Source: an uncultured Candidatus Binatia bacterium (GTDB lineage Bacteria; Desulfobacterota; Binatia; Bin18). Taken from it: DNA of 64,000 bases. The DNA is taken from NCBI GenBank assembly GCA_965200965.1, contig OZ241744.1:3424001-3488000 (forward strand), given 5' to 3'. How positions within the stretch are numbered: position 1 is the first letter of the stretch; each line of letters begins with the position of its first letter. This document shows, in pieces, positions 48,017-58,092 of this stretch. Under the pieces are notes generated by a model that saw only the letters and a program-made list of their open reading frames with translations, did not search any database and was not told where the DNA came from. The translations under genes and the position numbers were made by a program.

Positions 48017-48840
48017 CGCGGATCACCGACACCTTTGCCGCCCTGCGCGCGCACCGGCAAGCCGCGCTCATTCCCTATATTACGGCCGGCGATCCTGACC
48101 TGGAGACTACTTTTGCGCTCGTCCATGAACTGGCCCGGCAGGGGGCCGATATGATTGAACTCGGCGTACCCTTTTCTGATCCAATGGCCGACGGGCCAAC
48201 CCACCAACGGGCGGCTGAACGCGCCCTCCAGAGCGGCACTTCGCTGGCCGGTATTCTTGAGTTAGTCCAGCGCCTCCGCCGGTCGCTTGACCTGCCGATC
48301 ATTCTGTTCAGCTACTATAATCCGATCTTTCGCTATGGCGGCCACCGCTTTGCCGGCGACGCGCAGGCCGCGGGGGTGGACGGCGTGTTATGCGTAGACC
48401 TGCCTCCCGAGGAGGCCCCTGAACTCAAGCGCGAGACCGACGGGTGCGATATTGACCTCATCTTCCTGCTCGCGCCGACCAGCTCCCTAGACCGGGCCAG
48501 CACCGTCCTCAGCCACGCCCGCGGCTTTGTCTATTATGTTGCCGTGACCGGCGTGACCGGTGCCCGCGCCTCGCTGCCGGCCGATTTATCAGGCATGGTG
48601 CGGCGGCTCCGGGCCGTTTCGCCGGTTCCGGTTGGCGTAGGATTTGGCATCTCGTCGCCCCAGCACGCGGCCGAAGTGGCCCAGATTGCCGACGCCGTTA
48701 TTGTCGGCAGCGCCATATCGCAGGTTATTGAGACCCATCAGGGACAGGCTGCTCTCCTCCCCCAGGTCGGGCAATTTGTCGCCAGCCTCAAACACGCCCT
48801 GTGCCAGTCGGCCAGCCCGGACGCGACTGGCACGAGATAG
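48013..48840 (+). CDS. trpA: tryptophan synthase alpha
   Basis: [27 protein letters not shown]. Confidence 0.98.
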   Translation: MTRITDTFAALRAHRQAALIPYITAGDPDLETTFALVHELARQGADMIELGVPFSDPMADGPTHQRAAERALQSGTSLAGILELVQRLRRSLDLPIILFSYYNPIFRYGGHRFAGDAQAAGVDGVLCVDLPPEEAPELKRETDGCDIDLIFLLAPTSSLDRASTVLSHARGFVYYVAVTGVTGARASLPADLSGMVRRLRAVSPVPVGVGFGISSPQHAAEVAQIADAVIVGSAISQVIETHQGQAALLPQVGQFVASLKHALCQSASPDATGTR

Positions 48841-48880
48841 GAGGCCAGGGAGGAGCGGTGGAGAATGGCAGGAGACAAAG

Positions 48881-49702
48881 ATGGAACTGAAAGTCATGCT
48901 GTATCAGGTCACAGACGGCATTGCGACCCTGACCCTCAACCGTCCGCGGCGGCGGAATGCGTGGACCGGACGGATGCACGCCGAATACCGCTGTGCGTTG
49001 GAGCGGGCCGATCGCGACCCCGCGGTGGGGGCGATTGTTGTCACCGGGGCTGGTGACACCTTCTGCGTTGGCGCAGACTCCCGGGCCTTGGAGGGGCATG
49101 TGGACAAGGGTGGCTATGATCCGGGCACGCCGCAGGACATGGCCCGGCCCGGCTATGGTGTGCGGCCGGAGTTTGACGCGGATTTTGCCTGTCAGTTTGG
49201 CATGACGAAGCCGGTGATTGCGGCTATAAACGGGGCCGCGGCCGGGGTCGGCTTGGTCATCGCCTGTTATGCCGACCTGCGTTTTGCCGTGACCGGTGCC
49301 AAGTTGACAACGGCCCACGGCAAGCTGAACCTGCCGGCCGAGTTTGGCCTGTCGTGGCTGTTACCGCGTTTGATCGGACTGACCAGGGCCAACGATGTGC
49401 TGCTGTCGAGCCGCGTGTTTTTGACCGATGAGGCCTATGAGATGGGGCTGGTGAATGCAGTCCTGGCAGCCGACGAGTTGCTGCCGCATACCTATGCCTA
49501 TGCACAGCATCTGCTCGCCAGCGTTTCCCCCGGATCGCTGCGGGCGACAAAGCGCCAGATTTATGCCGATCTGCACCGGGATGCCAAATCAGCCGTTGAG
49601 AGTGCCAACAGCCTGATTCGAGAAATGGCCAAACAGGACGATTATGCCGAAGGCGTAGCCGCTTTTGTGGAAAAGCGCCTGCCACGCTGGTCTGGTTCGT
49701 AA
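48881..49702 (+). CDS. enoyl-CoA hydratase/isomerase family protein
   Basis: TLNRPRRRNA, FCVGAD, KPVIAAINGAAAGVG, EGVAAFVEKR. Confidence 0.93.
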   Translation: MELKVMLYQVTDGIATLTLNRPRRRNAWTGRMHAEYRCALERADRDPAVGAIVVTGAGDTFCVGADSRALEGHVDKGGYDPGTPQDMARPGYGVRPEFDADFACQFGMTKPVIAAINGAAAGVGLVIACYADLRFAVTGAKLTTAHGKLNLPAEFGLSWLLPRLIGLTRANDVLLSSRVFLTDEAYEMGLVNAVLAADELLPHTYAYAQHLLASVSPGSLRATKRQIYADLHRDAKSAVESANSLIREMAKQDDYAEGVAAFVEKRLPRWSGS

Positions 49703-49768
49703 GACGAGCCCGCGCGGGGCCAGTCAGGGCCGCTCCTTGGGGCCAGGACTCTTCTATACCAAGCCGGC

Positions 49769-50335
49769 CTAGTCCTGGTGGCCGGTCTCCCTGCCCGGCC
49801 TTGGGGACTGGGGGAGCGGTGAGCCTGCCACACCGGCAGTGGAGGGCTTGACCCGCTCGCTCATCTCCATTGAGACCCACATCACCCCGGCACTCAGGGC
49901 GATGCTCAGGACGGTGAAGAGTTGGATGCGTTTGAGCAGCCCGGGTAGCTTTTGCGGATCAAAGACCTCACCCCGCAGTTCAATGCGCACCAGGCGATGG
50001 CCCATGCCAAGCGTGGCCGAGGTACTGACAAGAATCAGCACGAAGACCAACAGCAACTTCAGGCCCAACACGCCGCCCAACAGGGCAAAAAACTGCGGGC
50101 CGAGTTGTTGCTTATACGAGGTCAGGTTGAACGCGCCGGTCATAATAAGAACGCCCAGCGCGCCAATGCTGAGCGGATTGTAGGATTTGAGCCCCTGGGC
50201 CAGAAACTGCTGCTTTTCCGCCGGCGAGGAAATCCGGGCGGCCATCGGCAGCAGGACGACAAGCACGGTAACGGCGCTGCCCACAAAAACAGTAATCGCC
50301 AGCAGGTGGAGCCACAGGGTGAGTTGGTCGGTCAT
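49769..50335 (-). CDS. 4-TM membrane protein, CopD/DUF4149-like
   Basis: WLHLLAITVFVG, LIMTG, LGLKLLLV pattern. Confidence 0.65.
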   Translation of the reverse strand: MTDQLTLWLHLLAITVFVGSAVTVLVVLLPMAARISSPAEKQQFLAQGLKSYNPLSIGALGVLIMTGAFNLTSYKQQLGPQFFALLGGVLGLKLLLVFVLILVSTSATLGMGHRLVRIELRGEVFDPQKLPGLLKRIQLFTVLSIALSAGVMWVSMEMSERVKPSTAGVAGSPLPQSPRPGRETGHQD

Positions 50336-50391
50336 CTGGCCGGCTGTTAAACCAGAGGCCGCGGAACATGTAAATGCCCGAGCTTCCTCCG

Positions 50392-50420
50392 TTGACACCG
50401 AAAACCGGGGCCGATATCCT
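50392..50420 (+). promoter_or_regulatory. sigma70 promoter of nuoFG
   Basis: TTGACA-17 nt-TATCCT. Confidence 0.6.
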
Positions 50421-50510
50421 CCCCGTGACGCCTGAGATGCGAATCCGGGGCCGTTTTGAGCGGCTGCCGTTCGCCGATTGGGCACAAGCCGATACAACGA
50501 GGCAAAAAAC

Positions 50511-51800
50511 ATGGCTGACCGAATACTCCTGCGCCACCTTGATGTTCCAGACATTCGCAAACTTGAGGTCTATGTTGAACACGGCGGGTATGAAGCGGCC
50601 CAAAAAGCCCTCGCCAACCTCAGCCCGCAGGATGTCACCGCCCAGGTCAAAGACGCCAATCTGCGCGGCCGGGGTGGGGCCGGATTTGTGGCCGGGATGA
50701 AATGGGGCTTTTTGCCAAAAGACTCGGATAAACCGGTGTACCTGTGCGCCAATGCGGATGAGAGCGAACCGGGGACCTTCAAAGACCGGGCGCTGATTGA
50801 ATGGAATACGCACACCTTGCTTGAAGGCATTGTGATTTCCGCCTACGCCATCAATGCCCATACGGCCTATATCTATATTCGGGGAGAGTTTGCCCTTGGT
50901 GCCAAACGACTCCATGAGGCAATTGAGGCGGCCTATGCCGGTGGCTTTTTGGGAAAGAACATCTTTGGCAGCGGCTTTGACCTTGATGTGTATGTCCACC
51001 GTGGGGCGGGAGCCTATATCTGCGGCGAAGAAACCGGATTGATTCAATCCCTTGAGGGCAAGCGTGCTTATCCGCGCATCAAACCGCCCTTTCCTGCGGT
51101 GTACGGTCTGTTCGGCTGTCCGACGATTGTCCAGAACGTCGAAACCCTGGCCTGTGTGCCGTCCATCATCCACAAGGGCCCGGTTTGGTTCAAGGCCATT
51201 GGTCCAGAGACCGGCCCGGGTCCCAAGATATACTGTGTGAGCGGCCACGTTGAAAAGCCGGGCCTGTACGAGTTGCCGATGGGCATGTCGCTGCGCGAGC
51301 TGATCTACGACTATGCCGGCGGCATTCAGGGCGGAAAACACCTGAAAGCCGTCATGCCCGGCGGCTCGTCGTTTCCCATCCTCACCCCGGATGAAATCGA
51401 CGTGAACATGGACTTTGATTCCATGCGGGCGATCGGTGCCTTTCTGGGCACGGCCGGGATCATTGTCATGGACGAAGACACCTGCATGGTCCAGGCGCTC
51501 GAAATCATTGACCGCTTCTACCATCACGAATCGTGCGGGCAGTGTTCGCCGTGTCGAGAGGGTACCGGCTGGCTGCACAAGCTGCTCGTCCGCCTTGAAG
51601 AGGGCAACGGCCAACCCGAGGATATTGACCTGCTCGATCAGATTTGCACCAACATGACCGGTAATACCGTGTGTGTGCTGGCCGATGCCGCGGCCATGCC
51701 GACCCGGAGCTACCTGAGCAAGTTCCGTGACGAATTTGTCGCCCATATCACCCAGGGCGGGTGTCCGCTGCGGAACGACAGGCAGCCTCGGGCTGCGTGA
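50511..51800 (+). CDS. nuoF: NADH-quinone oxidoreductase subunit F
   Basis: LRGRGGAGF, NADESEPGTFKDR, GAGAYICGEETG, ESCGQCSPCREG. Confidence 0.97.
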   Translation: MADRILLRHLDVPDIRKLEVYVEHGGYEAAQKALANLSPQDVTAQVKDANLRGRGGAGFVAGMKWGFLPKDSDKPVYLCANADESEPGTFKDRALIEWNTHTLLEGIVISAYAINAHTAYIYIRGEFALGAKRLHEAIEAAYAGGFLGKNIFGSGFDLDVYVHRGAGAYICGEETGLIQSLEGKRAYPRIKPPFPAVYGLFGCPTIVQNVETLACVPSIIHKGPVWFKAIGPETGPGPKIYCVSGHVEKPGLYELPMGMSLRELIYDYAGGIQGGKHLKAVMPGGSSFPILTPDEIDVNMDFDSMRAIGAFLGTAGIIVMDEDTCMVQALEIIDRFYHHESCGQCSPCREGTGWLHKLLVRLEEGNGQPEDIDLLDQICTNMTGNTVCVLADAAAMPTRSYLSKFRDEFVAHITQGGCPLRNDRQPRAA

Positions 51801-51807
51801 GGTGTGT

Positions 51808-53424
51808 ATGCCAAACATTGAGATTGACGGGCAGGAGATTACAGTCGAGGCTGGGCTTAACCTCATACAGGCGGCCGAGCGGCTGGGTATTGAGGTGCCC
51901 CACTATTGCTACCATCCGGGTCTCAGCATCTCGGGCAACTGCCGGATGTGCCTGGTTGAAATTGAAAAAATGCCCAAGCTGCAAATCGCCTGCAACACGC
52001 GGGTGAATGAGGGCATGGTCATCCGTACCACCAGCCCCAAGGTCAAGGCCGCCCAGGCCGCGGTGCTGGAGTTCCTTTTGATCAACCACCCGGTGGACTG
52101 CCCTATCTGTGACCAAGCCGGCGAGTGCAAGCTGCAAGACTACTACATGGACTATGGGGCGTATAAGAGCCGGATGCCGCTTGAGGCCAAGGCCGCAAAA
52201 GACAAGGCGGTCGAGATCGGCCCCCAGGTCATGCTTGACCAGGAACGCTGCATTCTGTGTGCCCGCTGCACCCGCTTTCTGGATGAAGTCACCAAGACCG
52301 GCGAGTTGGGGATTTTTGAGCGGGGCGACCACTGCAAGATCGACCTGTTCCCCGGCAAAACGCTGGACAACCCATACTCAATGAATGTCGTTGATGTGTG
52401 TCCGGTCGGTGCTCTGACGGCCAAAGATTTTCGGTTTCAGGCCCGCGTCTGGTACCTGGAGAAGACCGCATCTATCTGTACCCGCTGCGAGACCGGCTGC
52501 AATATCGACATCTACCACCGCCGCGGCCGGATGTACCGTTTTCGGCCCCGTCAGAATATGGAGGTCAACGAGTTCTGGATGTGTGACGAAGGCCGGCTGT
52601 CCTACCGGGCCTTGCAGCAGGAGAGCCGCATCCTCCAGCCGCTGGTCCGGGCCGAGACGGCGTTTCGTCAGACCTCCTGGGACGGTGCCTTGCAGCAGCT
52701 TGTTGAGATTCTCAGGCACGCCGCGGCCGAGGGCGGCCGCGGCGCGGTAGCTGCCCTCATCGGGGCCAAGGCCAGCAACGAAGAAGCCTATCTGTTAGCG
52801 CGTATTCTCAGACACCAACTGGGTACGCACCAAGTCGCCGGCCTGTCGTGGTCACCCGACATGGCCGCCCACGACGGTCTGCTGATCCGGGCGGATAAGA
52901 ACCCCAACACGCGCGGACTCAAAACCCTGGGCTTGCTGAACGGGGGTGGTGAGGCCGAGCAGATTCTGTACGCCGCCGACCAGGGCACAATCAAAATCCT
53001 GTTTGTATTTGGCATCGACCTTGTTGCTGCGGTGGGCCAGGCCACAGCCGAGGCCGCCCTGGCCGGGGTCAAGCTCATCCTGCTGGATACCGACTACACC
53101 GATACGACCGAGTATGCCGACTTGGTGCTGCCGATCGCTGCCGCTCCCGAAACCGACGGAAGCTGCATCAACTATGCCGGTCGGGTCCAGCGCTTACGCC
53201 AAGCCTTCCCTCCGCCGGGCCAAGTCAAGACCGGCTGGGAGGCGCTGGCACTGCTCAGCACCAGGCTCGGCGGCCCGGACAGCGTATCGATCAGCGAAGT
53301 GTTTGCCGAACTGACCGCCGCGGTGCCGGCCCTGGCCGGACTGACCTACGGCAAGATCGGCCCCCACGGCCTCCCCCTGCCGGCCCTCCAGCCCGAACCC
53401 AACGCAGCCGAAGCGCTGGCATAG
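51808..53424 (+). CDS. nuoG: NADH-quinone oxidoreductase subunit G (short form)
   Basis: CYHPGL..GNCRMC, NHPVDCPICDQAGEC, CILCARC, CPVGAL. Confidence 0.92.
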   Translation: MPNIEIDGQEITVEAGLNLIQAAERLGIEVPHYCYHPGLSISGNCRMCLVEIEKMPKLQIACNTRVNEGMVIRTTSPKVKAAQAAVLEFLLINHPVDCPICDQAGECKLQDYYMDYGAYKSRMPLEAKAAKDKAVEIGPQVMLDQERCILCARCTRFLDEVTKTGELGIFERGDHCKIDLFPGKTLDNPYSMNVVDVCPVGALTAKDFRFQARVWYLEKTASICTRCETGCNIDIYHRRGRMYRFRPRQNMEVNEFWMCDEGRLSYRALQQESRILQPLVRAETAFRQTSWDGALQQLVEILRHAAAEGGRGAVAALIGAKASNEEAYLLARILRHQLGTHQVAGLSWSPDMAAHDGLLIRADKNPNTRGLKTLGLLNGGGEAEQILYAADQGTIKILFVFGIDLVAAVGQATAEAALAGVKLILLDTDYTDTTEYADLVLPIAAAPETDGSCINYAGRVQRLRQAFPPPGQVKTGWEALALLSTRLGGPDSVSISEVFAELTAAVPALAGLTYGKIGPHGLPLPALQPEPNAAEALA

Positions 53425-53489
53425 GGCTTGCCACGATGCTGCCTCCCCTCCGTGCGGTTCCTGCTTACGCCCAGATACGGTACTGAGCC

Positions 53490-54266
53490 GTGCGTATTGC
53501 TACCTGGAACGTCAATTCCATCCGCGCCCGCAAAGATCGGACCCTGGCTTGGCTGGAGGAGCACCGGCCCGAGGTGGTGTGCCTGCAAGAAACCAAAGTA
53601 AGCGATGACATCTTCCCCCGGGCCGAGTTTGAAGCCTTGGGCTATCAGGTCACGGCCTGCGGACAAAAGAGCTATAACGGAGTGGCCCTACTCTCCCGTG
53701 TCACGCCGACCGAGGTAGTGCGGCGATTTGACGACGATGACGAGCAGCCCGAGGCCCGTTTTCTCTCCGCCCGGATTGCCGGGGTGCATGTCATCTGCGT
53801 CTATGTGCCAAACGGCCAGACGGTCGGCAGCGACAAATACCGCTACAAGCTGGCTTGGCTCGGCCAGCTCCAGCGCCATCTCGATCGGCACTGCGACCCC
53901 GACCAGCCCCTCGCCCTGTGCGGCGACCTGAATATCGCGCCCGGCGATCGTGATGTGTGCGATCCGCCAGCCTGGGCCGAGACCGTGTTGTGCGCGCCGG
54001 CTGTCCGGGACGCCTTCCGGCGGCTGTGCGGCTGGGGGCTGCACGATGCCTTCCGCCTCCACCATGAGGCGGGCAAACTCTACACTTGGTGGGACTACCG
54101 GCAGCTCGCCTTTCAGAAGAACCAGGGCTTGCGCATTGACCATATTCTCGTCACCCCGGCCCTGGCCCGACGCTGCGCCGGGGCGCAGATCGACCGCCAG
54201 GCACGCAAGGGCGAGGGGGCTTCAGACCACGCCCCTGTCCTTGCTGACTTCTCGGATAACAGCTAG
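53490..54266 (+). CDS. xth: exodeoxyribonuclease III
   Basis: ATWNVNSIR, LQETK, GDLNIAP, TWWDYR, GLRIDH, SDHAP. Confidence 0.97.
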   Translation: MRIATWNVNSIRARKDRTLAWLEEHRPEVVCLQETKVSDDIFPRAEFEALGYQVTACGQKSYNGVALLSRVTPTEVVRRFDDDDEQPEARFLSARIAGVHVICVYVPNGQTVGSDKYRYKLAWLGQLQRHLDRHCDPDQPLALCGDLNIAPGDRDVCDPPAWAETVLCAPAVRDAFRRLCGWGLHDAFRLHHEAGKLYTWWDYRQLAFQKNQGLRIDHILVTPALARRCAGAQIDRQARKGEGASDHAPVLADFSDNS

Positions 54267-54276
54267 AAAGGACAAC

Positions 54277-54799
54277 ATGGCTGTGTCAACCCGCCACAGA
54301 ACTGAAAGATACTATCAACACAGACACAAGGAGTCTGGTTATATTGTCTCTTATCACTGGAGGAATCTATCCAACCCTATGGATTCAGAAACATTGTTCA
54401 AGCATTGAAAGAATCACGAAGGCGAAGATTGCAGATGAAACATTCATTATATGGCTTGCTGTTTGTCTTGGACTCAACTACACCCTCGCCTACTGGGGTA
54501 CCGAACTGGGCCTTGAACCGGGCCTCGCCCTCAGGCGCATAGAGGACCTTGCAGGGCTTGCATGGTTAGGTCTCCTTATTTATTGGTCTTTCAAGGCAAG
54601 AAACGCTCTCCAAGAGTATGCGTTGACCGAACTCAGGATTGATTTGAAAATGAATGTATTGCACACAGTTCTGTTTGATATCTTCTACATAAATTATTGT
54701 ATCAACGACTTACCTGAAGAGTATCGGCGGCAACAGGTCCTAAACTCCCGAATGGATAAGGACGAGGGACCAGATGGTGAAGATGATGACACGCGGTGA
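54277..54799 (+). pseudogene. AT-rich membrane protein gene (DUF4234-like), apparent +1 frameshift near the 5' end
   Basis: The SD-preceded ATG 54277 is out of frame with the long frame TELKDTINT..LSLITGGIYPTLW..YINYCINDLPE; removing one C of ACCC (54289-54292) restores MAVSTATELK... Confidence 0.6.
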
Positions 54800-54817
54800 A
54801 GCGGTCCCCTGGTGTCT

Positions 54818-55675
54818 TCAGTTCTTGCCAATCTTGCCAATCAACTCATCGCCGGTTCTGTTGACATAGGCGAGCCAGTCGGCCTCGGTTTTTGCCGCCT
54901 TAAACGGAATCAGCCGGTCCACGCCGAGTTCGGCAAAGCGTTTGACCGTGTTGGCATCGAGCCGCCCCTTGGGCGTCACGCTGATCTCCAGTGCGCCTAA
55001 CTCGGCGGGACGCGCGACCTGTTGGGCAGCGTGTTTGATGCCCAACAGGCATTGGGCGGTGGCCTCGACATCAAGGGCAAAGCCAAACCAGCCCGTGCCG
55101 TGGCGCACGCTGCGTTTGTAGGCTTGTGGGGTATGGCCGCCAAAGACCACCGGCGGGTGGGGCTTCTGAAGCGGTTGGGGACGAGACTGAATATCGCTGA
55201 ACGAGACAAACTCACCCCGGTGGGCCGGCTCGTCCTGGGTCCAGACGGCTTTCATGGCTCGCAGATAGTCAATGGAACGCGGGCCTTTGTGGCTGAACGG
55301 AATGCCGAGCGCGTCAAACTCCGGCTTGAGATAGCCGATGCCCAGACCAAAGATGAGCCTCCCGCCAGACACCACGTCAAGGCTGGCCAGCTCTTTGGCC
55401 AGCACCAGGGGATTCCGCTGGGGCAGGATGATGATGCCAGTGCCCAGCTTGATCGTTCGGGTCTGCCCGGCCAGAAAGGCCAGGGTAACGGTCGGGTCAA
55501 GCATCGGGTAGTGAGGTGGGAGCGGGGAGGGCGGGGCCTGAGGATCGGGCAAGACCACATGCTCACCGGTCCAGATTGATTCAAAACCGGCCGCTTCAGC
55601 CGCCTGGGCGACCCGCACCGAGGCTGCCGGGTCACTGGCGATGCCCATATTGATGCCAAACAGTCCAAATTTCAT
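54818..55675 (-). CDS. LLM-class (luciferase-like), probably F420-dependent oxidoreductase
   Basis: AEAAGFESIWTGEHVVLP, PQRNPLVLAKELASLD.VSGGR, PLQKPHPP. Confidence 0.88.
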   Translation of the reverse strand: MKFGLFGINMGIASDPAASVRVAQAAEAAGFESIWTGEHVVLPDPQAPPSPLPPHYPMLDPTVTLAFLAGQTRTIKLGTGIIILPQRNPLVLAKELASLDVVSGGRLIFGLGIGYLKPEFDALGIPFSHKGPRSIDYLRAMKAVWTQDEPAHRGEFVSFSDIQSRPQPLQKPHPPVVFGGHTPQAYKRSVRHGTGWFGFALDVEATAQCLLGIKHAAQQVARPAELGALEISVTPKGRLDANTVKRFAELGVDRLIPFKAAKTEADWLAYVNRTGDELIGKIGKN

Positions 55676-55836
55676 ACGCGCTCCCTCCTGCTCGGGTCTT
55701 CTCCTGGACGCCGGGAGCCTAGCCGGTTCTCGCGTGCCGCGCAAGATTGCCGGCCACACCGCGAGGTGTTCTTGGACCGTGCCTGGCGTTGCATTCCAGT
55801 GAAAAAATTGTCAGGTTAGAGGCTTTGGAGGAAGCC

Positions 55837-56718
55837 ATGTCACACACGGTCAATTACATCACCCGCATCACCAACACCTATGCCAAGCTCGGCTACAAGC
55901 CCTACACATGGGTCCACAACCCCCACCCGCCGCCGTGGGTACCGCTGGGCAAGCCGCTGTCCGAATGCCGGCTGGGTTTGATCGCCTCCGGCGGGCTGTA
56001 CATGACGGGTCAGATCGCCTTCCACTTCAAAGACGACCTGTCGTTCCGGGCGATTCCCACCGATGTGGATACGCGCGAGCTGCGCACCGCCCACTTTGCC
56101 TATGACCAGACCGACGCCCGCAAAGATCCCAATGTGGTTTTTCCCATTGACCCCCTGCGCCGGCTGGTCAAAGAGGGTGCGCTTGGCGGGCTGGCCACCC
56201 ATGCCTACACCTTTATGGGCGGTATTTATTCGTCCCGGCGGGTGCGTGACGAGCTGGCCCCGCAGCTGACCGAGCGTCTGCTGGCCGAGCGGGTTGACGC
56301 CGCGCTGCTGGTCCCGGTTTGACCGGTATGTCATCAGTCCGTGGGACTGATCGCCCGCCACGCCGAGGCCGCCGGCATCCCGACCCTGAGCATGGGCAGC
56401 GCCCTGGACATCATGCGGGCAGTAAACCCGCCGCGGGCCGCCTTTCTCGATTTTCCCCTGGGCCATACCATCGGCGAGCCGCACCAACCAGCCCTCCAGC
56501 GCGCCATTCTGCTCCAGGCGCTGGACGGCTTCATGTCTCTGACCACGCCGGGCAGCATCAAGCGCCTACCCTTCCGCTGGTCACAGGGGGACGGCTGGAA
56601 AGAGACAGCCTCAAACGACGGCGACACCCGCACCGAGCGCTACGACACGCCGCAGTACCAGATGGAAGAAGACCGCCGGCTGGCCGAGCAGAAGAGTTGC
56701 GAGACCTGTTCGGTCTGA
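55837..56718 (+). CDS. GrdB/PrdB-family selenoprotein (UGA 56320-56322 read as Sec; UxxC)
   Basis: Two in-frame ORFs joined by a single TGA: LLVPV-U-PVCHQSVGLIARHAEAAGIPT; DPNVVFPID motif; SECIS-like hairpin follows the TGA. Confidence 0.88.
56333..56351 (+). promoter_or_regulatory. bacterial SECIS-like hairpin
   Basis: ATCAGTCC-GTG-GGACTGAT, separated from the TGA by 10 nt, G at the start of the apical loop. Confidence 0.8.
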
Positions 56719-56735
56719 AGGAGGGTGGGATAAGG

Positions 56736-57716
56736 ATGCGAGAGATGCGCACCACAGCCCTGATCACGGGTGTGGCCCTGGCCGGCCTGCTGCTACTGGC
56801 CGGTGTGGCGCGGGCCGACGGCGACCGCCGCGGCTTCTATATCGGGGGTGAACTGGGTCTGGCCAACGGCCTGTCTTCGGATTCCTTTCTGTCGGGCATC
56901 AGCCACCCGACCCGCTGCGATACCCTGCTGTACGCCGACCCGAGCCAAGCCCCCCAAGACGCCCGCTGCACGACCCGGGAGCCGAGAAAAATCTACACAA
57001 CCGACTTTGAGCCGGGCATCGGCTTTGCCGGGGCGGTCAGTGCCGGCTACGCCCTGGAGGCCGGGCTGCGCTTTGAAATTGAGTATCTGTACCGCACCCA
57101 GGGCGGCGACGCTTCAACCCTGCCGGCGGCCCGGGGCAATGAGACGACCCAGACCAAGTCGAATGAGTGGCTCAGGCCGCCGGCGGCCCGCTTTGCCAAC
57201 TTTCACAGCCACCAAGTCTTTCTGAACGCCTACTATGACCTTGCGAACGCCTCGCGCTGGACGCCGTATCTGGGGGCCGGCATTGGCTGGAGCCGGACGA
57301 GCACACGCTACAGCAACCGTTTCCTGCGCCAGACGGTCAGCGGGGGCTATCTGGATGCGTTCCGGTCAACCCTCAACGAGGACCACTTGGCCCACTTCAG
57401 GCAGGTCGGGCTTGACCCGGACGAGGTGGCGCGGGCCGCGGCCGGCACCAGCAGCTATCTGAGCAGTCGGCTGAGCGACGATCTGTTCGGCTTTCAACTG
57501 CTGGCCGGCCTGGATTACGCCCTGGGGGAGCGGACCTCCATCGGGCTGAAGGTCCGCTGGGCCAATTTTGAGGACATGAGTGATAGCGCGGTCTGGGACG
57601 TGGTCCGCAGCCATGCCCCGGTGCTGGCCGACGGCAAGACCCCCTACAAGGTCAGGATCAAGACCGACACCATCCGGTACTGGGCCGTGACCTTTGGGCT
57701 GAAATACCATTTCTAG
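56736..57716 (+). CDS. outer-membrane beta-barrel protein (Opa/OmpA-TM/Msp2-like)
   Basis: Signal peptide ending ARA, GFYIGGELG, LRFEIEY, FLNAYYD, PYLGAGIG, C-terminal GLKYHF. Confidence 0.85.
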   Translation: MREMRTTALITGVALAGLLLLAGVARADGDRRGFYIGGELGLANGLSSDSFLSGISHPTRCDTLLYADPSQAPQDARCTTREPRKIYTTDFEPGIGFAGAVSAGYALEAGLRFEIEYLYRTQGGDASTLPAARGNETTQTKSNEWLRPPAARFANFHSHQVFLNAYYDLANASRWTPYLGAGIGWSRTSTRYSNRFLRQTVSGGYLDAFRSTLNEDHLAHFRQVGLDPDEVARAAAGTSSYLSSRLSDDLFGFQLLAGLDYALGERTSIGLKVRWANFEDMSDSAVWDVVRSHAPVLADGKTPYKVRIKTDTIRYWAVTFGLKYHF

Positions 57717-57752
57717 CAGGCCGGTTTAGCGAAGCGCGGGGCCGGGTGTAGC

Positions 57753-58061
57753 TCAGAGTTGGGCTACCAGCTTTTCGACTTCGCCCCATTCGACAATCGG
57801 GGTCAGCCGGCGCTTTTCAATCAAGCCGCTGGAGACGATTTTGCCGAAGACCTGGAAGGTCGGGGTGTGGTCGGGAATGTCGACCAGAAAGATGACCTTG
57901 GGCTCTTCGTTGGAGAACCACGGGCCGCCGGCAAAGCGGACTTCCTGGGGCGCGCCAACTGAGGCCGGGCTTTTGGCCGCGGCACCAATGAGCCGGGTAA
58001 ACTCCTTCATCCGGTCGGGGCTGGGATCTTTGAGCCATACTTCGTCGAGATAGAGTGCCAT
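57753..58061 (-). CDS. small hypothetical protein (DUF3303-like)
   Basis: ATG with SD AGGAGG; GPW...LTPIV.W pattern. Confidence 0.7.
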   Translation of the reverse strand: MALYLDEVWLKDPSPDRMKEFTRLIGAAAKSPASVGAPQEVRFAGGPWFSNEEPKVIFLVDIPDHTPTFQVFGKIVSSGLIEKRRLTPIVEWGEVEKLVAQL

Positions 58062-58092
58062 ACGGTTTCCTCCTTTTTCGCAGGCGGGGCCG

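Noticed and set aside
56320-56322. TGA as a pseudogenising nonsense mutation
   Set aside because: It falls at the family's Sec/Cys position (UxxC) and is followed by a correctly spaced SECIS-like hairpin
56319-56735. 139-aa N-terminal extension of the OMP in the ORF track
   Set aside because: Overlaps the selenoprotein C-terminal half in another frame; the signal peptide and SD point to ATG 56736 or 56745
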